Assembly: GCA_964605735.1 (NCBI GenBank)
Contig: CAZSDS010000001.1
Coordinates: 262,771 to 326,770 of the forward strand
DNA: 64,000 nt
Direction: 5' to 3'
Source: an uncultured Candidatus Saccharibacteria bacterium
GTDB taxonomy: Bacteria; Patescibacteriota; Doudnabacteria; UBA920; O2-02-FULL-48-8
A program made the position numbers and the translations under genes. The number at the start of each line of letters is the position of its first letter. Within the stretch, counting starts at the first letter, position 1. Below are positions 18,362 through 26,662 of the stretch, piece after piece. The notes under the pieces were generated by a model, which was not told where the DNA came from, did no database searches, and saw only the letters and a program-made list of their open reading frames with translations.

Positions 18362-19273
18362 CTCAAGACCTTCGCAACATTTCTAATGGTGTCTTTAAGT
18401 GTATCCCAAGATGGAGTCTTTGGGAATTGTAGTAGTTTAAATATTTAGATATCGCTTTCTGGTAAACCTTAGGTTCGAAGGGTAATTTGATAAAGCACTC
18501 TTCTTGAATGGTTCGGTTGAAACGTTCTATGTAAGCGTTGTCATTGGGTTTTCTGATTCTACTATGTCTATGATCAATATTGATGTTCTGCGAGAAATAT
18601 TTAGAGAATTCTGATCCATGATCTGACTGAAGCATCTGAAACTTCTCAGGAAATATCTTTTGAGCTGATCTGACAAATCTTAGACTCTGATGGGTACTAA
18701 TCCTCAGGCTAACTAGAGCATGAGCCCATCTGCTGAATACATTTACAAGCGTATATATGTAAAACCTGGGTTCGTAAGTAGGCCCTAGATGGATAGTATC
18801 AATTTGTAGTAAATCCCCAGGTTTTTCAATGGTTGGTCGAGGAATACTCAAGTGTAGTTTCTTCCAAGGACTATTTTTCTTTATCAGATTATGCCGGTCC
18901 AAAGTTCTTTTAACACTGTTTAAGCAAACCGTTACTCCCTGGTTGAGCAGCTCCTGGTGAATAACTTCAGAACAGCGATGATGCTTCTGCCTTAAATCAA
19001 CAATCATTTTTATCACCTTGGGATCCAAAGCATTGGGATTATGCTTAGGGCGGCTACTTAAGGTGGGAATATTACAACGTCCGTCCTCCGGAGCTTTGGC
19101 AACCCAACGGGATACCGTTGAAGGCTCAACCCCCACATGTCGCGCAGCAGCTCTAATCGACCAACCGTTTCTTACCAGCATAACCGTTTGCATCCGCAAC
19201 TTAGGCAGATACGGGTTTTTTGTGTATGGCATATACATACAGTTTAACTCCTAGGTGTTGCGAAGCTCCTGAG
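18362..19273 (-). mobile_element. compact IS481/IS3-like insertion sequence (912 bp)
   Basis: 18-bp imperfect inverted repeats (16/18) at 18362-18379 and 19256-19273 bracket the transposase; no target duplication found. Confidence 0.75.
18363..19238 (-). CDS. IS481-like DDE transposase (HTH plus rve)
   Basis: HTH 'SIRAAARHVGVEPSTVSRW'; D (QIDT), D (SDHGSEF), E (NAYIERFNRT). Confidence 0.92.
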   Translation of the reverse strand: MYMPYTKNPYLPKLRMQTVMLVRNGWSIRAAARHVGVEPSTVSRWVAKAPEDGRCNIPTLSSRPKHNPNALDPKVIKMIVDLRQKHHRCSEVIHQELLNQGVTVCLNSVKRTLDRHNLIKKNSPWKKLHLSIPRPTIEKPGDLLQIDTIHLGPTYEPRFYIYTLVNVFSRWAHALVSLRISTHQSLRFVRSAQKIFPEKFQMLQSDHGSEFSKYFSQNINIDHRHSRIRKPNDNAYIERFNRTIQEECFIKLPFEPKVYQKAISKYLNYYNSQRLHLGIHLKTPLEMLRRS

Positions 19274-19287
19274 CCATTACGAGAGCA

Positions 19288-19316
19288 TTGACAAAAACAA
19301 CAAAATAGGGTATAAT
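19288..19316 (+). promoter_or_regulatory. perfect sigma70 promoter
   Basis: TTGACA-17 nt-TATAAT. Confidence 0.85.
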
Positions 19317-19409
19317 GCTTCGTTACACAGTTGCTGTTGGAAGTCTGTGGCCAAAACGCAAACTTTGGGCATAGTCTCCCGAAAGGGACAAAAAAAGGAG
19401 GAGTGTGTG

Positions 19410-20093
19410 ATGAACAGCAATGAACAACTCAACGTGTTTCAGAAGAACGCCGGGCTTTGGAAGGGAACTCTGACCATGGTCAGTGAATTCCCCAGCTTCA
19501 CCTACGACAAGAAGAAGATCGAAGATCAGGTGAAGAAGGCCGGTGCTGGCTATGCCAATGCCGGCGACGACTACGCCGCCATCGGCAAGGCTGCTGACCT
19601 TCTCTACGACGCGAACTGCAAAGTGCGAATCGCGTTCGCCTACTACTTGCGGGAACAGTACGGGGTTCTGAACAGCGAGCTGGACAAGTTCGCCGAACAC
19701 TACCCGGGCCCCGCCATCCTCGGCAAGTGCGAATCCGCCCTCAAGGCGTTCGACGACTCGCTTTCCCACCCGGAACGCGCGGAGAAAAGCATCAAGACGT
19801 TCGCGATGCGGATCTCAACCTACAAGAACTTCGTCAAAACGCTGGCCGATGCCAAGGCCGAACACGAAGCGAACCTCGAATCCATGCGCAAGTTGAGCCA
19901 GAAGGCCACGGCAGGCGCAACCATTGGGGCACGGGAGCGCAGAAGGCTTGAGATCTACGAACAGCGGCCTGAAATCAAGGCCGCCCGCCAGGCCGAAGAG
20001 GCTCGTCAGCGCGCGGAGGAAGCAAAGCAGAAGCGACTGGCTGAACTCAAGTCACAGCGGGAAGCTGAAATCGCTGAACTGCTGTCCATCTAA
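19410..20093 (+). CDS. GC-rich helical hypothetical protein with C-terminal coiled coil
   Basis: Start re-called at ATG 19410 after AAGGAGGAG; strong C-ending codon bias; no recognisable motif. Confidence 0.8.
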   Translation: MNSNEQLNVFQKNAGLWKGTLTMVSEFPSFTYDKKKIEDQVKKAGAGYANAGDDYAAIGKAADLLYDANCKVRIAFAYYLREQYGVLNSELDKFAEHYPGPAILGKCESALKAFDDSLSHPERAEKSIKTFAMRISTYKNFVKTLADAKAEHEANLESMRKLSQKATAGATIGARERRRLEIYEQRPEIKAARQAEEARQRAEEAKQKRLAELKSQREAEIAELLSI

Positions 20094-20128
20094 GGAGACG
20101 GTTCTTTTTGAACCACTCCTCCATCACG

Positions 20129-20165
20129 AAGACCGGAAACCACAGAGTTTCCGGTCTTATTTTTT
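20129..20165 (+). terminator. intrinsic terminator
   Basis: AAGACCGGAAAC-CACAGA-GTTTCCGGTCTT-ATTTTTT. Confidence 0.85.
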
Positions 20166-20176
20166 AACAATAAACA

Positions 20177-20209
20177 TTTATTGACTAACGATAAATAATA
20201 GGATACTAT
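20177..20209 (+). promoter_or_regulatory. promoter with overlapping candidate operator for the DUF2975-XRE operon
   Basis: TTGACT(20181)-17 nt-TACTAT; imperfect palindrome TTTATTG-N5-CGATAAA (20177-20195) over the -35. Confidence 0.6.
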
Positions 20210-20238
20210 GTTTATACCTAAATTAAATAACCTAGCCT

Positions 20239-20700
20239 ATGAAAACAGGTTCAACCCTTTTATTGAAAGCAACACTAATCATTATTGCGCTAGCAGTCCT
20301 GGCTTTCGCCATCTTTATCTTGCCTATTGGAATTAAATCAGATCAAATTGGATATCGCCCTGTGTTGATTGGATTGTACTTGCCAGCCATTCCATTCCAT
20401 TTTGCGCTTTACCAAGCCTTTAATCTTTTGACATATATTGACAGAAACGAAGCATTTTCCAAACTCTCGGTTCAGGCGTTGAAGAAAATCAAATACTGCG
20501 CACTTGCCATAGCCGCAATGTTCTTGGCTGGCATGCCTTTCATTTTCAACATCGCAGATAAAGATGAAGCCCCTGGTGTGGTGCTTCTTGGCCTCGTCGT
20601 CGCTTCAGCTTCAATAGTGACCGCAACTTTTGCCGCAGTCCTGCAGAAATTAATGCAAAAAGGTCTTGACCTGAAGTCAGAAAACGATTTAACAGTATAG
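20239..20700 (+). CDS. DUF2975 membrane protein
   Basis: 4 TM, C-terminal 'LKSENDLTV'; paired with an XRE regulator. Confidence 0.92.
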   Translation: MKTGSTLLLKATLIIIALAVLAFAIFILPIGIKSDQIGYRPVLIGLYLPAIPFHFALYQAFNLLTYIDRNEAFSKLSVQALKKIKYCALAIAAMFLAGMPFIFNIADKDEAPGVVLLGLVVASASIVTATFAAVLQKLMQKGLDLKSENDLTV

Positions 20701-20707
20701 GAGAGAT

Positions 20708-20914
20708 ATGGCTATCATCATCAACATTGACGTCATGCTGGCAAAAAAGAAAATGAGCGTTACTGAGCTTTCTGAACGTGTGGGCATTACCATGGCAAAC
20801 GTATCCATCCTAAAAAATGGAAAGGCCAAAGCTATACGGTTATCCACCTTAGACGCGATCTGCAAAGCTCTGGACTGCCAGCCAGGCGACATCCTTGAAT
20901 ATAAAAATAATTAA
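20708..20914 (+). CDS. XRE/YozG-family HTH transcriptional regulator
   Basis: MAIIINIDVMLAKKKMSVTELSERVGITMANVSILKNGKAKAIRLSTL...CQPGDILEY. Confidence 0.95.
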   Translation: MAIIINIDVMLAKKKMSVTELSERVGITMANVSILKNGKAKAIRLSTLDAICKALDCQPGDILEYKNN

Positions 20915-20925
20915 TTCCTACTTTT

Positions 20926-21453
20926 ATGAAACTGAAAAAATTTGTCCGACCGCTGGCAATAACGGCAATACTCATGACTCTTCCACTGTTTGGCTCCCTG
21001 TTTTTGGATGGCTGGGCTTGGTCAAAGTTTGACTATGTTTTTGCGGGTGTAATGTTCCTAGCCCTTGCTTCACTTTTTGAGCTAGGAATATATTTAAGTA
21101 AACACACCATGTACCGAGCCGGGTTTGGCCTGGCGCTTTTAACCGGGTTTGTAATAATTTGGGGTAATCTGGCAGTCGGATTTATTGGCTCGGAGGAGAA
21201 CCCTATTAATCTGCTGTATTTTGCAATTTTAGCAGTCGCGTTCCTGGCCTCCATCCTTGTCCGGTTTGATGCAGGAAAAATGTCACACATAATGTATTCA
21301 ACTGGTTTGGGGATTGCACTCGTTCCAGTCACCGCTATGATTACCGGAACATCCATTAATGAACATTCTGTCTTTGTATTCAACCTGCTCTTTGCCGTAT
21401 TGTTTGTTGGCTCAGGATTATTGTTCAGGAACTCAACCAAGGGCATGAAGTAA
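20926..21453 (+). CDS. multi-TM hypothetical membrane protein
   Basis: About 6 hydrophobic segments; 'WGNLAVGFIGSE.NP.N'; in operon with DUF2975-XRE. Confidence 0.8.
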   Translation: MKLKKFVRPLAITAILMTLPLFGSLFLDGWAWSKFDYVFAGVMFLALASLFELGIYLSKHTMYRAGFGLALLTGFVIIWGNLAVGFIGSEENPINLLYFAILAVAFLASILVRFDAGKMSHIMYSTGLGIALVPVTAMITGTSINEHSVFVFNLLFAVLFVGSGLLFRNSTKGMK

Positions 21454-21475
21454 GCAAACTAGTACATTGGCGCAC

Positions 21476-21502
21476 AAAAAACCGCCCTTAGCAGGCGGTT
21501 TT
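21476..21502. terminator. bidirectional terminator
   Basis: A6-CCGCC-CTTAGCA-GGCGG-T4 between convergent genes. Confidence 0.8.
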
Positions 21503-21514
21503 ATATTTAAGATT

Positions 21515-21895
21515 TTAAAAAAACCCAACCCAAGACAGGTACGCCCCAAGAATAACCATAACAACTCCACCTGCAGGAATCAGGTTTGATTTTACCTGAA
21601 AATCCCCACCCCGATCCACAAAACCGGGTACTATAGCCATAGCCAAGCCTTTAGCCAAAAGCATCCATCCCAGCAAGCTGATAACTATTTGGGTAAAAGA
21701 ACCCCAAATATTGTGAAAGTGTATTTGGGTAATGGCCCCCGAAATGGCAACCATTGCAAATAACAAGACGCTTAAAGTTTCTTTTTCCAGGTCACGGTAC
21801 ACCCTGGTGTAATATTTAGGGCTAATAAAAATGCCTACACCTACGGCTAAAATTGCAGGCCCCCACAATTGGGCCAAAAAAGTAGTTGTGTCCAA
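21515..21895 (-). CDS. 4-TM membrane protein (TTG start)
   Basis: AAGGA SD upstream; 'HNIW...ISLLGW..L.KG' pattern. Confidence 0.75.
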   Translation of the reverse strand: MDTTTFLAQLWGPAILAVGVGIFISPKYYTRVYRDLEKETLSVLLFAMVAISGAITQIHFHNIWGSFTQIVISLLGWMLLAKGLAMAIVPGFVDRGGDFQVKSNLIPAGGVVMVILGAYLSWVGFF

Positions 21896-21963
21896 TTTTT
21901 TGTTTCCTTTTTAATTGCTTGTGTTTATATTATAGCAATAAAAAATCCGTTTAAGTGTTTTAC

Positions 21964-22104
21964 TTAAGACGGATTTACTGAAGCTTGAGCCTGCCCCTGC
22001 TCGCGCTTAATCAGCTCCGGGCAGTCGCAATACACGCACCAATAACACTCGCACCCTCTGGGATGCTCGTGGTTCGGCCAATCAAGCGTGACATTGACTT
22101 CCAT
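21964..22104 (-). CDS. 46-aa His/Cys-rich mini-protein
   Basis: Re-called start after GGAGGAGG: MEVNVTLDWPNHEHPRGCECYWCVYCDCPELIKREQGQAQASVNPS. Promoter TTGATT-17-TACTCT (22151-22179); hairpin at 21940-21976. Confidence 0.6.
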   Translation of the reverse strand: MEVNVTLDWPNHEHPRGCECYWCVYCDCPELIKREQGQAQASVNPS

Positions 22105-22197
22105 TACTACCTCCTCCGCCTCACAGCAGGTTTTTCCTCCTGACCAGCAAAGAGTACAACAACTCGCACATAAAATCAATCAGACTTGAGTAATATA

Positions 22198-22234
22198 AAG
22201 AAAAATTCCCGATATAAAGTCGGGAATTTTTCTT
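22198..22234 (-). terminator. terminator of tRNA-Gln
   Basis: AAGAAAAATTCCCGA-7 nt-TCGGGAATTTTTCTT, a perfect 15-bp inverted repeat. Confidence 0.85.
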
Positions 22235-22259
22235 AAACCTATGCGATATTATGTGCGTC

Positions 22260-22334
22260 TGGCTGGGGTGCCAGGATTCGAACCTGGGAATGGCGGGACC
22301 AAAACCCGCTGCCTTACCGCTTGGCTACACCCCA
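22260..22334 (-). tRNA. tRNA-Gln(UUG)
   Basis: Reverse complement TGGGGTGTAGCCAAGCGGTAAGGCAGCGGG-TTTTGGT-CCCGC...GGTTCGAATCC...CACCCCAGCCA; 75 nt with CCA. Confidence 0.97.
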
Positions 22335-22414
22335 CCCAACCGCACACAAACCTAAATCAGCCCAATAATAATACCAATTTCCCAGCCTCTCATCAAGACT
22401 AAGCCGCAGTAACC

Positions 22415-22443
22415 TTGACATTGCCAACGTTTTATGTTATTAT
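22415..22443 (+). promoter_or_regulatory. sigma70 promoter
   Basis: TTGACA-17 nt-TATTAT with extended TG; divergent from the tRNA-Gln promoter (TTGATG-17-TATTAT). Confidence 0.75.
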
Positions 22444-22491
22444 TAACTGTTCTTATAAGCTCCCTGCACAATTGCCTGAAGGAGGGCAAAC

Positions 22492-23001
22492 TTGGCCAAC
22501 AAAGCGAAAAGTGTGGTTTACTTCTTTGTCAGAAGAAACCGGACGACCCTGCAAACGGAACTGCTCCTTACCTTGCGCAACGGCGGCACTGATCAGCTTC
22601 CGTGGCGCTACACACTCCCAACCGAAACCATCGAACCGGGAGAAGCACCGTCTGTCACCATCCGCCGCGGCGGCAAGGAAGAGTTCGGTGAGAATTTCAT
22701 TCACCACCTTCCGAGTCCGCTCTACCTGGGGCTTTCCCCCAAGGCGAACCACTACGTTCTCTGGGAAGTCCCCATGGACGCCCCTCTTCCGGTCATGAAC
22801 CCGACGGAAGGCGCGAGCTGCGAGTACTTCTCCCTTCGCCGGATCGAACAGTTGATGCGCAACGGAGAGGTCGGCGGTGAACGTCAGCTCGCCGGTGCGC
22901 TCACCACTTTCGTCTGGAACAACTGGGACAAGTTCAAAATCATGTTCGAACGCCGGACCATCCTGACAGATCTGTTCGAGCGTGAAGTGATCCTGGTCTG
23001 A
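22492..23001 (+). CDS. divergent Nudix-fold protein (TTG start)
   Basis: AGGAGG SD; 'LPTETIEPGEAPSVTIRRGGKEEFG' aligns with the Nudix box; GC-rich codons. Confidence 0.65.
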   Translation: MANKAKSVVYFFVRRNRTTLQTELLLTLRNGGTDQLPWRYTLPTETIEPGEAPSVTIRRGGKEEFGENFIHHLPSPLYLGLSPKANHYVLWEVPMDAPLPVMNPTEGASCEYFSLRRIEQLMRNGEVGGERQLAGALTTFVWNNWDKFKIMFERRTILTDLFEREVILV

Positions 23002-23023
23002 ACGTCCGCCAGGAACACAGCGT

Positions 23024-23066
23024 AAAAGGCGCCCGACTCACAAGAGTCGCGGCGCCTTCTTTTTTT
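23024..23066. terminator. bidirectional terminator
   Basis: AAAAGGCGCC-CGACTC-ACAA-GAGTCG-C-GGCGCC-TTC-T7. Confidence 0.85.
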
Positions 23067-23071
23067 GTAAA

Positions 23072-24694
23072 TTATTGTCCGGAAGTGGAATCAACCTCCC
23101 CGCCCATAATCTTCAAAGCCTGTTCAACCAAACCAGCGTCTTGTGGGTTCTCCGCCGGCTCCGGCGCAATCTCCTGTGACGCCCCTGGTTGCGGAAACAG
23201 CTCCGGCAAAGGCCCTGACCAGTCTTTTGCCAAGACAGCTTGGACCAACAATTTCTTTCCGGTAACCTCTTCCACCACCTGGTCCACGACAATCCTGTTT
23301 TTGCGGGCTTCAACGGCGTCCTTATGGAACTTGTATGGAATAACCAGGATTAAGTTGTTGCCTTGAACTGCCGCTGGCACTGCCAGCTTCAAGCTGGACA
23401 ACAAAGAATGATTATAGTCCTTTGTCTTTTCCAAAATCTGGTTCCAGGAAGCAATTACATCCTGCAGTAATTGAGGGTTTTCTTCCGAGTTTCCAGTCTC
23501 ATTGCTTCGAGCCTCATTTTCAGCATGTGGCAACTGGGATGTATTAGCAACGGCATTACTACCTGCAACCACAGCCCCACCAACAGCGGGCTTAACCTGG
23601 TTCACCATTACAGGTCCGGAAATGGCTTCCACACTGGCAATTTCCAGAGGCAGGCTTTGGATGCTTGCGTACTTGATTTCACTGCCTGCTTTTTGGAAAA
23701 TCGCAATAATACTCAAAAGCTTATCCATTGCCAATTCATTTGCCTGCCTGGCCATGCGCTCCTTGATCTCAGGTGTAAAATCACTCTCCGGCTCATTCCC
23801 AACCTTGATAAGCATCAACTTGCGCAAATATTCCAGGAAATCTTTTTGGAATTGGTACAAATCCCGGCCCTGGTACATTAAACGTGAAATAAAATTGACT
23901 GCTGACTTTGTGTCTCCTTTAATAAGCAAATCCAAATATTCTGATGTTGTGCGCAAGCCAGTCAAACCCAAAACCTGTTCCACCAGCTCTGCCGTAATTT
24001 CTCCGTTCGAAAAACTAATCACTTGATCCAGCAAAGACAAACTGTCACGAAAACTTCCATCTGCGGCGTGGGCAATATTCAACAACGCCTCCTCAGAAGC
24101 CTTAACGCTATTTTCCTGACAGACATACTGCAATCGCTTGATAATATCCATCAAAGCCGCTTTCCTGAAATCAAATCTTTGCGTACGTGAAACGATTGTC
24201 GGCGGAACTTTGTGAATTTCCGTGGTGGCAAGCACAAACACGGCATGGGCAGGCGGTTCTTCCAAAGTTTTCAGCAAGGCATTGAACGCACCTTTGGAAA
24301 GCATGTGCACTTCGTCAATAATAATGACCTTATATTTTGCACGGGCAGGCGCAAACTGCAGATGTTCAATAAGTTCTCTGATATTATCCACGCCCGTGTG
24401 GGAAGCCGCATCAATCTCCATCAAATCCAGGGAGTTGTTGCTCAAAAATTCCCTGCATAAGTCACACTCATTGCAAGGCTCCCCATCTTTCACGTTGGGG
24501 CAATTTATAGCGCGGGCAAAAATTCGCGCGATAGTGGTCTTCCCCACCCCTCGCGGGCCGGTAAAAAGGTAGGCGTGCCCGATCTTGGAGTTCATGACAG
24601 CGTTTGCCAAGGTCACTTTCACATGCTCCTGGGTCAACACTGAATTAAACTGATGAGGCCTGTATTTTCGATATGATACGAGATTGTTGGACAT
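23072..24694 (-). CDS. dnaX: DNA polymerase III gamma/tau
   Basis: YRKYRP, GPRGVGKTT, C4 zinc motif, IIDEVHML, LKTLEEPP. Confidence 0.98.
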   Translation of the reverse strand: MSNNLVSYRKYRPHQFNSVLTQEHVKVTLANAVMNSKIGHAYLFTGPRGVGKTTIARIFARAINCPNVKDGEPCNECDLCREFLSNNSLDLMEIDAASHTGVDNIRELIEHLQFAPARAKYKVIIIDEVHMLSKGAFNALLKTLEEPPAHAVFVLATTEIHKVPPTIVSRTQRFDFRKAALMDIIKRLQYVCQENSVKASEEALLNIAHAADGSFRDSLSLLDQVISFSNGEITAELVEQVLGLTGLRTTSEYLDLLIKGDTKSAVNFISRLMYQGRDLYQFQKDFLEYLRKLMLIKVGNEPESDFTPEIKERMARQANELAMDKLLSIIAIFQKAGSEIKYASIQSLPLEIASVEAISGPVMVNQVKPAVGGAVVAGSNAVANTSQLPHAENEARSNETGNSEENPQLLQDVIASWNQILEKTKDYNHSLLSSLKLAVPAAVQGNNLILVIPYKFHKDAVEARKNRIVVDQVVEEVTGKKLLVQAVLAKDWSGPLPELFPQPGASQEIAPEPAENPQDAGLVEQALKIMGGEVDSTSGQ

Positions 24695-24765
24695 TTTTTA
24701 CATTTATTGGACCCGGATTGCGTCCGGGATGATTCGGCTACGCGAGTCATTTTACCACACAAACT

Positions 24766-24792
24766 AAAAAACCGCACACGTGGCGCGGTTTT
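24766..24792 (-). terminator. terminator after gtrA-like gene
   Basis: AAAACCGC-N9-GCGGTTTT inverted repeat. Confidence 0.7.
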
Positions 24793-24803
24793 AAAAACAT
24801 CAA

Positions 24804-25298
24804 CTATTTACCGCGGAAAACGATCAGTTTATACCCTACAAAATTCCAGATCATGCTCAGGCCAGTAGCCACCAAATTCGCAACGTTTGCCCATAAAACA
24901 GCTGACATGCCGAACATAGGCGGTATATGAGTAGCAATCAGGTAAACGCTTCCAATATTCAACAGCGCCCCAATGATGCTTACGCTTACATAAACGCTGA
25001 ACTGCTTGGCTGCGCCTTCAGTTTTGTCCTTAAAAGTCCACTTCTTGTTCAATAGATAGCTGTTGATGTTGGCAGCCAAAAAAGCCACTGCTTTCAGTGG
25101 AATAATTCCTGCCCCGCTTGCTGTTGAAGTTGCCCAAACCAGGACATTGAAAACCGCAAAGTCAATTCCCGTGTTAACGACACCAACCACGGCAAAACGC
25201 AAAAACTGGGCCGCAAGCGGTCCATATTTTTGCATAATTGATTGAGACTGGTTGTCTGTAGTGGTTGTAACAGGGGTTTGCGTATTGAATTCGTTCAT
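24804..25298 (-). CDS. GtrA-family membrane protein
   Basis: QFLRFAVVGVVNTGIDF, NSYLLNKKWTF, WNFVGYKLIVF. Confidence 0.92.
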   Translation of the reverse strand: MNEFNTQTPVTTTTDNQSQSIMQKYGPLAAQFLRFAVVGVVNTGIDFAVFNVLVWATSTASGAGIIPLKAVAFLAANINSYLLNKKWTFKDKTEGAAKQFSVYVSVSIIGALLNIGSVYLIATHIPPMFGMSAVLWANVANLVATGLSMIWNFVGYKLIVFRGK

Positions 25299-25913
25299 TT
25301 AGATTTCGTCTAATTCCTTGTCCACGTGCTCATCATTGTCCTGGGAGGATGAGCTGACTTCCGTAGGCTCCTGCTCAGCTCCAGCCTTGATGACATTCTC
25401 CACTGCGCCCCATGACGCATCTTTGTCCTTTGGGACAACAACCGTGACCTGATCACCTGGTTCAGCTTTGAAATAGGTTAAGCTGGCAAGCAGAACGCGA
25501 TAGGTATTTCCTTCTGCAATGACTTTGTACTCACCTTTATCATCTTGAACGAGCGTACCCAAAGCTTTTCTGCGTTCCACTGGCCCAATTTGTTTATATA
25601 TAAAGGAGCCATCGTCCGCAATTGTCAACTTAAGCACATCACCTTCCACGAGCTTGCTCTTGGAGGCATAGTTAGCAGGAACCGGGTACTGTTTGCCGTC
25701 CGGCCCAATCATATTCTGGCCATCAAAAACACCCTCAATTACCTTACCGCCTTCAGAAACGGACAAAGACTGCGCCTTCTTGGCAAAATCCGGACTTAAT
25801 TCAATTGCTTTTCCGCCCATGATGTCCCGCAACAACTGTTTGGCCGACTGAATATTTTTCTCAGCAGACTCGATCATCTGGGCGATCAGGGCAAGATTTG
25901 TGGTGTTGTCCAT
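25299..25913 (-). CDS. hypothetical protein (N-terminal helix, beta-rich core, acidic tail)
   Basis: 'IEGVFDGQNMIGPDGKQYPVPANYASKSKLVEGD' resembles a family I associate with CPR genomes; function not inferable. Confidence 0.8.
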   Translation of the reverse strand: MDNTTNLALIAQMIESAEKNIQSAKQLLRDIMGGKAIELSPDFAKKAQSLSVSEGGKVIEGVFDGQNMIGPDGKQYPVPANYASKSKLVEGDVLKLTIADDGSFIYKQIGPVERRKALGTLVQDDKGEYKVIAEGNTYRVLLASLTYFKAEPGDQVTVVVPKDKDASWGAVENVIKAGAEQEPTEVSSSSQDNDEHVDKELDEI

Positions 25914-26062
25914 AGTTTGGTCTTAATTTTTATTTCGTGAACGCATTCAGCCTTTCTTGTATATTAATAGTTATCCACAAGGCGTCAATAAGGCGGAATA
26001 TCTAATTAAATTTTGTTTTCGTTTCGAAAATACGTACTATCAATCAAGATTATTATAACATA

Positions 26063-26230
26063 CTAGAACATTTTTGCAAGCGTCTCCTTAAGCCGTTTTA
26101 AGGCGTTTATAGGGTCTGAATGGGCATGCGATTCCGTATGATTAAGCATCTGGATAAGTTCCTCGTGTTGGTCCTGGTCCTTGGCCTGTTCAGGCGTGGT
26201 GTATATCTTTTTTTCAAATTCCATTGACAT
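26063..26230 (-). CDS. 55-aa hypothetical protein (not in ORF track)
   Basis: MSMEFEKKIYTTPEQAKDQDQHEELIQMLNHTESHAHSDPINALKRLKETLAKMF; same strand and composition as its neighbours. Confidence 0.5.
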   Translation of the reverse strand: MSMEFEKKIYTTPEQAKDQDQHEELIQMLNHTESHAHSDPINALKRLKETLAKMF

Positions 26231-26263
26231 AAGCTTATACGAATAAACGGGAAAATAGTTACT

Positions 26264-26662
26264 TTAGTTAAAGTCTGGATATTTGCCGCGGAGGGAATCC
26301 AGGGTCGCCTGGTCTGAGGCGGCATCCTCCAAAATGGCAAAGGCCTGTTGAGGGTCGGAAGACAGGATGGTTGTGGCGTACTCGGTAACTTTCAGCTCCA
26401 ATTCCCGGCGCTTTGACAAGGCTTGCTGTTTAAGGAGTTTCCCTTCCAGTGTTTCCAATTCTTCAAAGTCATGGGCCAATTCGCGTATAAGCGCCAGAAA
26501 ATCGGACTCAGCGTCAAGTAGGTTTATGTGAACCAGGACTTTTTCTGCAATCTCATGCGCTCGCTTAATGGCGATTCTTCTGGTGCGCAAACCTTCAGCC
26601 AGAAAAAGGCAAACCATTTTTGCATATTGCTCTTTTGGGGCAAGGTTTTTGTTTTCCGGCAT
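26264..26662 (-). CDS. hypothetical helical protein
   Basis: TGATG coupling to the upstream ATPase gene. Confidence 0.75.
   Translation of the reverse strand: MPENKNLAPKEQYAKMVCLFLAEGLRTRRIAIKRAHEIAEKVLVHINLLDAESDFLALIRELAHDFEELETLEGKLLKQQALSKRRELELKVTEYATTILSSDPQQAFAILEDAASDQATLDSLRGKYPDFN

Noticed and set aside
17000-23070. Prophage or integrative island at tRNA-Gln
   Set aside because: The region is accessory-rich, but I found no tyrosine/serine integrase, phage genes or duplicated tRNA 3' end; the only mobility gene is the IS transposase.
24695-24800. SRP RNA (ffs), often upstream of dnaX
   Set aside because: The gap is ~110 bp, holds a terminator and promoter, and lacks the conserved SRP domain IV motif.
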